Made by a program: the position numbers and the translations under genes | The notes under the pieces: generated by a model | Database searches by the model: none | The model's input: the letters and a program-made list of their open reading frames with translations, nothing else | Told to the model about the DNA's origin: nothing | Shown: piece by piece, positions 20,401 through 27,819 of the stretch | Layout: each line of letters starts with the position of its first letter | Position numbering within the stretch: position 1 is the stretch's first letter | Sequence record: LC819005.1 | Reading direction: 5' to 3' (one strand) | Length of the DNA stretch: 64,000 nt

Positions 20401-21672
20401 TTAACTTGCGCCGAGTTGTGCTGCGCGCACGAAGAGATCGTTGGCAGCCAGGCTTTCGAGACGGTCCGTGTACTCACGCGAGGCACGGGCATCCATCTTG
20501 CCACGACGGAGCATGTCCATGAATTTGACGATCAGCGCCGGGTCCGTATCACCCCGGTAACCCTGGATGATCTTGTCGGTAAGCTCGATGCTGGCGATTT
20601 CTTCCAGCAGCTCTTCCTTGGGCAGATCCATCGTCTTGATCTTCTCGACGAACTGGTTGCGCATCTTCGTTGCGTTCTGCTTGAAGGTCGTGATATCCGG
20701 CGCGTTACCGGCGTCCTTGAAACCGCTGAAGACTTCGTAGCCACCGAAGAGCAGGATACCCAGACCGACGGGTCCCAGGATCGGCGTCGTGATAATACCG
20801 AAGAGGGCCCAACCGAGACCCTGCAGGATACCGTAGCTGCGCGGCTCGCCGCCCATGAACTTCGCACGCATCGTGACGATCGCGCGGCCTGCGCCGTGAC
20901 GGGCTGCGAAGATGTCGGCGAGTTCTTCTGCGGTGTCCATCGAGAAGTAGCGCTTGTTGTCGAGCTTGCGCGGCTCGATTGCCACAGCGGTCGCCAGCAC
21001 ACGGAAGGCCACTTCGGCCGACGCGTTCTCGTCGATGCTTTCCAGCCAGTCCTTGTTGTCGATGGCCATGTCGTCCGCGGCCTTCGTCAAGATCAGCTTG
21101 ACCTTCTTGTCGGCTTGACCGTTGGTCAGTTCCGCCCAGGTACGCTGAAGCACGATGCTGGTGACGACCGTGTCGGTGAGGAACTGCAGGAACGTGTAGG
21201 CGTGACCCACTTCGTGCAGAATCACCCCCGCCGTTTCTTCCGGCGTGAACGTCGTGCCAAACAGGAACATCTGACCGATGAACATGCGATGCATGATCTC
21301 GGAGAGCGCGCCACCGACGCGGGCGTTCGCCGGGTCGATCCAGCCCTTCTTCTCCAGGTTGTAGAAGGAAAGCTTGTCGGCGTTGAAGTTCTTTTCGAGG
21401 AACTTGTTGAGTTCCGCACGGTTCAGCGCATTGCCACGCGTGAGCGACGGAATCATCACACAGGCGTTGTCGTAGTTGGGGATCACGCGGGCATTGGTGA
21501 GAATGCCGGTGTGCTCGTACACACACTTGTCGATGCGGACGCTGAACTTGTTGACGGCGTCTTGTGACTTATCGCCAGCCGCACGCACATCCTGGACGAT
21601 CAGTGTAAGGGCCTTGAAAAAGGCGTCGGACTGGAAAGCAATGCTTTCGTTCCCGATGAAGAGGAGGTTCAT
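20401..21672 (-). CDS. Virion protein with a zincin HEXXH motif and hydrophobic segment (phiKZ gp84-like)
   Basis: ILHEVGHAY, downstream EELADIFA, and a hydrophobic stretch GILQGLGWALFGIITTPILGPVGLGILLFGG. Confidence 0.75.
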   Translation of the reverse strand: MNLLFIGNESIAFQSDAFFKALTLIVQDVRAAGDKSQDAVNKFSVRIDKCVYEHTGILTNARVIPNYDNACVMIPSLTRGNALNRAELNKFLEKNFNADKLSFYNLEKKGWIDPANARVGGALSEIMHRMFIGQMFLFGTTFTPEETAGVILHEVGHAYTFLQFLTDTVVTSIVLQRTWAELTNGQADKKVKLILTKAADDMAIDNKDWLESIDENASAEVAFRVLATAVAIEPRKLDNKRYFSMDTAEELADIFAARHGAGRAIVTMRAKFMGGEPRSYGILQGLGWALFGIITTPILGPVGLGILLFGGYEVFSGFKDAGNAPDITTFKQNATKMRNQFVEKIKTMDLPKEELLEEIASIELTDKIIQGYRGDTDPALIVKFMDMLRRGKMDARASREYTDRLESLAANDLFVRAAQLGAS

Positions 21673-21854
21673 AAACTCTCAGCCATGAATTGTTGAAATT
21701 GACGCCTGCTCGGAGCTTTCCGTTAAAGAAAAACCCCTTGGTCTATTGTTTGATCAGCGGGCATATGGCTCGCGCTAACCATCACAAGAATACCCTTACA
21801 AACGCAGCGATAGTGTCATACTAAAAGGCACGGTCCGCGGTTCGAGCACAAGTT

Positions 21855-23738
21855 ATGTCATCGAAAAAAGTAGAGATTGCCAAGGAAGACATCGCCGGCA
21901 TTGAATGCCGTCACGTCGTGTTTATTCCTCCTTCCAACGACTCACCGGACGACTATCACTTAATCAAAGAAGTAATCCACACCAAAGACGGCAAGCGGGT
22001 GCCGAATGTGCGGATCGTGAAGAACTACCAGCGCCCCTTCTGGATTGCCAAGGAAGGGTTCCGTCGCTACAAGCAGAAGAAGGAATGGGAGGATATCTCC
22101 AAGCTGAAGGAATTCCGTTGCCCCCAGTCTCAACTGGTCGAGCGCGCCTCCAAAGCGTTGGGGATCTTCAAGCCTCCCCGGAGTTTGAAACAACTGTCCC
22201 GCAGTCCTTACCTGTATGGTTCGGACATTCTGTCGACTTCGGTCATCAAACAGGAAGTCTACCGGGATCGCTGGCCTGAACTGAATACACCGTCCAGTAT
22301 CGCTGCCTCGGATACGGAAACGGACATGATCAAGGGTCATGGTCGCGTGATCATGCAGACTGTGTCGTACAAAAACAAGGTCTACACGGCGGTGGTGCGG
22401 GAGTTCCTGGAACAGGTCGGAGGGGATGACAAGTTCAAGATCGAGAAGTGCAAGGAAGCGCTGATCAAGTATCTGGACGTGGACGAGCCGGTCCTGGAAA
22501 AGGACGGTAAGACTCCGGTGCTCAATAAGGACGGCACGCCGAAGGTCACTAACGTCTTCCGGGATCGCAAGCTGGAATGGGAACTGGAGTTGGTCGAGAA
22601 CGACGGCGTAGCGGTCTACCGGGCGTTGCAGAAGACGCACGAGTGGCAACCTGACTTCCTGACCTTCTGGAACATGGACTTCGACATCGGTAAGATGAAG
22701 GAGTCGCTCGATTTCCACAAGATCCCGTTGGCTGATGCGTGGTCTGATCCTGCCGTAGCACCTCAGTACCGTTTCTACGAGTATAAGCAGGGTTCGAGCC
22801 AGAAGGTCACGGCTTCGGGTAAGGTCACACCGATTGCCCCGCATGCTCGCTGGCATACGCTGTATGTGCCGGCTTCGTTCTACGTGATGGATGCGATGTG
22901 TGCGTACAAGCAGGTGCGTACCGGTAAGCAGGAAGAGCGTTCGTATTCGCTTGACTTCATCTTGAACAAGCACCTGAAGCGCGGCAAGCTCAAGTTTGAT
23001 GCAGCAGACGGATTGGCCAAGTCGGACTGGCACGTCTTCATGCAGCGTCACCATCCGATCGAATACATCATCTACAACGTGTTCGATTGTATCGGTATTG
23101 AACTGCTGGACGAGAAGACCAAGGACTTGTGTGTGTCGGTGCCCTCGGGCGCGGCGATGTCGGATTACTCGAAGTTCAACTCGCAGCCGCGTCGTGTGGT
23201 GGATAAGCTTCACTACTTTGTGCAGGCACGCGGGAAGGTGATCGGGACGACCTCGGACGAGATGGCGGTGGAGTTTGATCAGAGGACGATCAATCTACGC
23301 AACTGGATCGTCATGCTACCGGCACACTTGGTGGCCGATAACGGACTCCGAATCATCAAGGAGTATCCAGAGATCTGCAGTAACCTCCGACTTCACATCG
23401 GTGACTTGGACGTCTCGGCGTCTTATCCGAATGGTGAGTCGGTCTTCAACATCTCTCGCGAGACGACGAAGAAGGAACTGCTGTCGATCGAAGGGGTGTC
23501 CGAGTCGGTACGTCGGATGCAGGGTATCAATCTGTCTGGTGGGGCAACGAACGCTGTCGAGTTCTGTACGGGTATGTTCCACATGCCTCAGATGACACAA
23601 TGGTTGGAAGCCTACAAGCGTCAGGACGATCTCGTGGCAGTTGCACGGGATATGGCTGAGTGGGTGGACGATAGTGCAGCAGCTGCCGATGCAGTGATGG
23701 TGGTGGCCGATCTGGAATACGAAGACGAAAACGCCTAA
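21855..23738 (+). CDS. Split family B DNA polymerase subunit: 3'-5' exonuclease plus motif A (phiKZ gp82-like)
   Basis: ExoI SDTET, ExoII WNMDFD, ExoIII YNVFD, and PolB motif A DLDVSASYP. Motifs B and C are absent. Confidence 0.88.
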   Translation: MSSKKVEIAKEDIAGIECRHVVFIPPSNDSPDDYHLIKEVIHTKDGKRVPNVRIVKNYQRPFWIAKEGFRRYKQKKEWEDISKLKEFRCPQSQLVERASKALGIFKPPRSLKQLSRSPYLYGSDILSTSVIKQEVYRDRWPELNTPSSIAASDTETDMIKGHGRVIMQTVSYKNKVYTAVVREFLEQVGGDDKFKIEKCKEALIKYLDVDEPVLEKDGKTPVLNKDGTPKVTNVFRDRKLEWELELVENDGVAVYRALQKTHEWQPDFLTFWNMDFDIGKMKESLDFHKIPLADAWSDPAVAPQYRFYEYKQGSSQKVTASGKVTPIAPHARWHTLYVPASFYVMDAMCAYKQVRTGKQEERSYSLDFILNKHLKRGKLKFDAADGLAKSDWHVFMQRHHPIEYIIYNVFDCIGIELLDEKTKDLCVSVPSGAAMSDYSKFNSQPRRVVDKLHYFVQARGKVIGTTSDEMAVEFDQRTINLRNWIVMLPAHLVADNGLRIIKEYPEICSNLRLHIGDLDVSASYPNGESVFNISRETTKKELLSIEGVSESVRRMQGINLSGGATNAVEFCTGMFHMPQMTQWLEAYKRQDDLVAVARDMAEWVDDSAAAADAVMVVADLEYEDENA

Positions 23739-23742
23739 GCGT

Positions 23743-23779
23743 CATAACGGAGAGAGGGGAAACCCTCTCTCCTATTATG
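23743..23779. terminator. Bidirectional terminator with CATAA...TTATG flanks
   Basis: GGAGAGAGGG/CCCTCTCTCC stem between convergent genes. Confidence 0.8.
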
Positions 23780-23782
23780 CTG

Positions 23783-24610
23783 TCAATTGACAAACGCGGT
23801 TGTGGGTGGAATAAAATAACTCCCACCTGCGACGCGCGCCAAACCGTTGGTGTACCGGACTTCATCAAAGATCAGGTCCGCGGCCTGACTGGTCAGTGTC
23901 CAGTTATTACCAAAGTCCAGCTGGGTGTTGTATCCCGGTCCTGCCCATGCCGGATTGGCTACTGAGTAGATCAGCTTGCCATCCACATAAACCTGGAACT
24001 GTTTGTTCTTCATCTGGATCAGGAAGAGTCTTGACTGAGTCGTGCTCAGCAGATTCCAGAGATTCACGCCAGTATCCAAAGTCGTGTTATACCAGGTCGA
24101 GCCTGAGCCCGTCAGTCCCTTGAGCGAGAGACCGAGGTTACCGTTGGCTGCGACAAAGACATAGCACGACATCAGGACAGAGGACGTATAGGTGCCTGAG
24201 GGCGGATAGCCGTAGCTCGGAAAACTCGTCGTGAGATCAGGCGAGTACCGGTCACAGAAAATCGGATTGAGCTTGGAGAGCGTTGCGTTCTTCTTGCTCA
24301 AATAGACTTCGACTGTAAAGTCATTCGCGTGGACAAAATCGCCCACTTTATTGGCGTTGACAAAGATTACCGATGTTGATGCAGGCGAGCAATCCACACC
24401 GGTGGTGCCATACGCTCTGCCTGCCGCAACATACTTGGCCGACGAATAGAGCCCTGCCGAAGGGTGGCCATGCACGTCAGGAGTAACGATCGAGGCAGAG
24501 CCACTACCGGCTGCCTGTCCATCCGTACCATCCAAGTGCAAGAGCACACCACTGGCAGAATTGAAGTCGTAACTCGCAATCTGATTGCCGCCAAGGAGTG
24601 CTTCTAACAT
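23783..24610 (-). CDS. Concanavalin A/LamG-like virion accessory protein
   Basis: VLLHLDG, DFTVEVY and FDEVRYTNGLAR...IPPTTAF are typical of phage LamG modules. N-terminus MLEALL. Confidence 0.75.
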   Translation of the reverse strand: MLEALLGGNQIASYDFNSASGVLLHLDGTDGQAAGSGSASIVTPDVHGHPSAGLYSSAKYVAAGRAYGTTGVDCSPASTSVIFVNANKVGDFVHANDFTVEVYLSKKNATLSKLNPIFCDRYSPDLTTSFPSYGYPPSGTYTSSVLMSCYVFVAANGNLGLSLKGLTGSGSTWYNTTLDTGVNLWNLLSTTQSRLFLIQMKNKQFQVYVDGKLIYSVANPAWAGPGYNTQLDFGNNWTLTSQAADLIFDEVRYTNGLARVAGGSYFIPPTTAFVN

Positions 24611-24620
24611 GTTCTTTCCT

Positions 24621-25460
24621 TTAAACGTCCAGGACGTTCTGGGAGGGGTAACTGCGGTTATTGCCCCAGATCAGACGCAGACCGCCGTCTAAGCCTGGTG
24701 AGTTCGGGTTGACTGCACGAGAAGAGGAAGAGCCACCGCCAAACTCTCCTGAGCCGGTGAGCTTCGAGCCGGGGTTACCGTTGGTGTTGCGTGTTGAGAC
24801 AGCTGCACCACTCGCTCCTAAACCTAGCAGTCCAGTGCCGCCGCCTCGACCACCAATACCGTTGTCGGTGTATGAAGAGCCACCTGTACCGCCCGAAGCA
24901 CCGCCGCCACTACCGGCAACGCTGGCAGAAATATCCGATCCATTCCCGCCCGGGCCGTTGTATCCACCTGCACCGCCACCACCCGCAACCGCGTAGTCAT
25001 AGGCCACGCCATTGCCGCCGTTACCGCCCCCGTCGCCCAGATAGCTACCACCCTTGCCTCGGGACGAGTCAGAGCTCGTAGCGCCACCAGCATCCCCGCC
25101 ATAGCCCGCAAAGAGCTTAGTGGATGCACGAGCCAAATAAGTGTCACCGCCTCGTGTACCGATCGCTGCACCCACACCAGTAATACCGAGCGCGCCAACC
25201 ACCACAATCAAGTGTTCACCAGGTGTGACAGGAATCGCATTCTTCCAACCCAGTCCACCGCCGCCACCTGACGAACCCCAGTGGCCGGTGTCGGCATACG
25301 TGTTGACCCAACCGCCGCCACCCGCGCCGATACCTACACCGCAAAGGAAGTAGATGCCGTCGGGTACGACAAAGTCATACGTGCCCGGCGTTGTGAACGC
25401 CATTTGTCCCGGGACGCCTACCGTGGCTTTCTTCGGGACAGACATTAACATTTCAAACAT
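24621..25460 (-). CDS. Glycine-rich virion accessory protein
   Basis: AFTTPGTYDFVVP...GAGGGG...IPVTPGE...GLRLIWG pattern. N-terminus MFEMLM. Confidence 0.75.
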   Translation of the reverse strand: MFEMLMSVPKKATVGVPGQMAFTTPGTYDFVVPDGIYFLCGVGIGAGGGGWVNTYADTGHWGSSGGGGGLGWKNAIPVTPGEHLIVVVGALGITGVGAAIGTRGGDTYLARASTKLFAGYGGDAGGATSSDSSRGKGGSYLGDGGGNGGNGVAYDYAVAGGGGAGGYNGPGGNGSDISASVAGSGGGASGGTGGSSYTDNGIGGRGGGTGLLGLGASGAAVSTRNTNGNPGSKLTGSGEFGGGSSSSRAVNPNSPGLDGGLRLIWGNNRSYPSQNVLDV

Positions 25461-25477
25461 CAGACCTTCCCATGAAA

Positions 25478-26326
25478 TTAAACGTCAGGTACGTAGTTCG
25501 GATATTGACGACCATCGCCCCAGACAATCCGACAAGCACCGGACAAAGCCGGTATGTTGGCAAAGCCACTACCACCTGCTTCAGAGGCACCACCACCGAA
25601 CTCTCCTGAACCTGGATACTGCGAACCCGCTCCGCCGTTCGTGTGGGCTGATGAACCTGCGCCAGCACCATTAGCGCCCTGACCCAAAATACCTACACCG
25701 CCGCCGCGGCCACCAGAGCCAGCCGTACCGCCGCGCACTACACCGAAACCACCGCCACCGCCACCGCCAACACCATTACCGCCCGCCTGAGTGGCACCGC
25801 CGCCTGCGCCGCCGCTACCTGAGTAACCACCGGCTCCAGAACCACCGCCTGCCTGTTCCCAGAAATAGATGTTCGCACCACCATCCCCACCACCATCACC
25901 GACACCGCCAGCATTAGTGTTGGTAATGGTGGTGCTTTCTGTTTGTCCGCCGCCCGTACCGCCATTGGCCTGGAGAAGTACTGTGCTACCACGCAGAATC
26001 TGAGTGTTACCACCGTTGGCAGCGCGACCAGTCTTAACACTTGCCCCACGAAGGCCCACGACAACTGTCAGGATTTCACCAGGGGTAACCGGAATACTCG
26101 CTTTCCAGCGTAAAGAACCGCCGAAACCCGTCGAACCCCATGTACCGCTAAAGCCAGAGGTATGATCCCAACCACCGCCGCCTGCGCCGACTCCTACTGC
26201 TGAAATAGAGAACACTCCGGCCGGAACCTGGAACTGATAAGTCCCGGGGGTCGTAAAGGCAGCTTGTCCAGCGCCGCTTGTGCTGCCTCCCGATACTTTG
26301 GATGTTACTAATAAAGCTTCTAACAT
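25478..26326 (-). CDS. Glycine-rich virion accessory protein, paralog of 24621-25460
   Basis: Shares AFTTPGTY, IPVTPGE, GSGEFGGG and RIVWG with its neighbour. N-terminus MLEALL. Confidence 0.75.
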   Translation of the reverse strand: MLEALLVTSKVSGGSTSGAGQAAFTTPGTYQFQVPAGVFSISAVGVGAGGGGWDHTSGFSGTWGSTGFGGSLRWKASIPVTPGEILTVVVGLRGASVKTGRAANGGNTQILRGSTVLLQANGGTGGGQTESTTITNTNAGGVGDGGGDGGANIYFWEQAGGGSGAGGYSGSGGAGGGATQAGGNGVGGGGGGGFGVVRGGTAGSGGRGGGVGILGQGANGAGAGSSAHTNGGAGSQYPGSGEFGGGASEAGGSGFANIPALSGACRIVWGDGRQYPNYVPDV

Positions 26327-26369
26327 AACCCTATCCTCGGCTGGGTCTATTTAACATAGTATTTTGACA

Positions 26370-26402
26370 GCATAAATGGGAAGAGGGGGCTACCCTCTTC
26401 CC
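26370..26402 (-). terminator. Intrinsic terminator ending TTTATGC
   Basis: GGGAAGAGGG/CCCTCTTCCC stem after the GNAT gene. Confidence 0.75.
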
Positions 26403-26406
26403 GTGA

Positions 26407-26907
26407 TCACCATGCGTACCTGCGACGACGCTTCGTTTCGACGTATTCTTCCATGGCGACTTCCTGTTTAGGCAGGATGTACCAATGGCCTTTTACGCCT
26501 TCGTAGCTCAAAGGCTTACCTTTCTCGAAACCGAGTTTGGTAAAGAGCTTGATCGATTTCTCGTTGCTCTCTTCAATCCAGACAATGCCAGGACTGTGCG
26601 TTGTGAAGAAGTCTCTTAACGCCCACTGCATAATACCCATGCCCCGATACGCTGGGTCCAGATACAGTGCGCCTGAACGCCAGTGCCGCACATCCCTCAC
26701 CATCGTAGTGTACGGCATAAAGAAGCCGGCTATGCGCCCGCTAGCCATATCTACGATGACTTGTTTGATACCTGGTCGACGCAGTTCTTCAGAGTCAAGA
26801 AACGGATCTTCTTCCGCATCGGCGATCGTCTGCATCAACTTCTTCTGCATGGACAGAGGGAGTCTTACATTCTTGATCACTTGATACTGCTTAAACTCGT
26901 TACTCAT
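26407..26907 (-). CDS. GNAT-family acetyltransferase
   Basis: Acetyl-CoA motif A LYLDPAYRGMGI and motif B NEKSIKLFTKLGF. Confidence 0.85.
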   Translation of the reverse strand: MSNEFKQYQVIKNVRLPLSMQKKLMQTIADAEEDPFLDSEELRRPGIKQVIVDMASGRIAGFFMPYTTMVRDVRHWRSGALYLDPAYRGMGIMQWALRDFFTTHSPGIVWIEESNEKSIKLFTKLGFEKGKPLSYEGVKGHWYILPKQEVAMEEYVETKRRRRYAW

Positions 26908-26928
26908 CCCTCCTCTCCCAAATTGGCG

Positions 26929-26962
26929 GCATAAAAGAAAATCGGATGGTTTCCCACCCGAT
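26929..26962 (-). terminator. Intrinsic terminator closing the candidate ncRNA
   Basis: ATCGGGTGG-GAAA-CCATCCGAT then TTTCTTTTATGC on the minus strand. Confidence 0.75.
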
Positions 26963-27037
26963 TCCCTGTATTGCTAATGGACAGCCCGCGCCCTACAAAC
27001 CTCCCAATATAAGGCGACCCTACGAATGTAAAACCAG

Positions 27038-27356
27038 GTGGAGGACATCTTAACGTAGTTGGTCGATTACGCTGCTGTTACTACCCAAGGGGCAGGTTCC
27101 TGCAAGTGGATTGAATGCCTTCGTCCTTTTGCGGGATACTGGCATTCGAACCGTACAAATTGTGAAAGAGAAGAGCACCGCGTCTCCCGACGTGGGTGCG
27201 ACTCTGTGGATTCTACGGAACGTGATTGGACTTCCAAATGATTACTTCTTAACGGCATGCCCTGTCCGCGCATCAGTCTCAGTGTCTTTTGCCTTCGCCG
27301 TGTCCCTGAGGATTTACGGCCATTACGCGACGTTCGAGACCTTACTTCGTTTCCAC
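27038..27356 (-). ncRNA. Candidate structured non-coding RNA, about 320 nt
   Basis: ORF-poor gap. 5' GTGGA pairs with 3' TCCAC, an H-type pseudoknot is possible, a TATG ends exactly at the first base, and an intrinsic terminator follows. Confidence 0.4.
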
Positions 27357-27376
27357 ATAACATACGCTAAGCACTG

Positions 27377-27724
27377 TTAATTTTTACCCTGCCCTTTCTT
27401 CATCTCATTCAAGAGATCGTTGAGCTCCTGGGTTTCTTGAGGTGCGTGCTTTTCCATCACCTCCAGCATCAAGTCGCACATGTAGGGCGGCTGATTCAGG
27501 AACTCCGTAAAGGACATGTGAAACGCCGTTCCAACCCGAAGGTCACGGAACGCTTCCATGCGCTCGCGCAAGCGAGAGGCGACGATCGTATCCTCACACC
27601 AGTGATGTCTCACCAAAGCGAAGTGATCGTCGGGTTGTCCACGATGGTCGTAGATACCATGCGCCTGCTCATACCGCTCCCGCATCAAGATCTGTACGTC
27701 GGTGCTCACGAACCTTTTGGGCAC
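27377..27724 (-). CDS. Small tail/baseplate assembly chaperone-like protein; possibly the -1 frame extension of 27820-29553
   Basis: MSFTEFLNQPPYMCDLML resembles T4 gp51/GT-type chaperone tails. The frame stays open upstream past the slippery site with no other start codon. Confidence 0.65.
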   Translation of the reverse strand: MPKRFVSTDVQILMRERYEQAHGIYDHRGQPDDHFALVRHHWCEDTIVASRLRERMEAFRDLRVGTAFHMSFTEFLNQPPYMCDLMLEVMEKHAPQETQELNDLLNEMKKGQGKN

Positions 27725-27819
27725 GCGAGCAATGTCTCCGGTGTACTCCTCGATCAGGACGCCGTCGCCGAACTTCCAATCCCCAACATGCTTGGAATGG
27801 GCAATTTCGGCTTCGGTGG

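Noticed and set aside
24621-26326. Collagen-like or PE_PGRS-type repeats
   Set aside because: The Gly runs are not Gly-X-Y periodic. They match the phage glycine-rich accessory domain.
27128-27190. Second tRNA suggested by GGTTCGAAT on the minus strand
   Set aside because: The T-stem is imperfect, only about 27 nt separate it from the putative acceptor, and a stronger competing GAATGCC/GGCATTC stem exists.
27110-27360. Hammerhead ribozyme, RNase P RNA or group I intron core
   Set aside because: Only partial matches (CTGATGC instead of CTGANGA, GGAAGTCC instead of GAGGAAAGTCC, AAGATGTCC instead of AAGATATAGTC), not in the required arrangement.
27067-27363. 98-aa ORF MLCGNEVRSRT... treated as a protein-coding gene
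   Set aside because: TTG start, no RBS, atypical codons and composition. It is better explained as part of a structured RNA, though its VVTAA end is noted in the findings.
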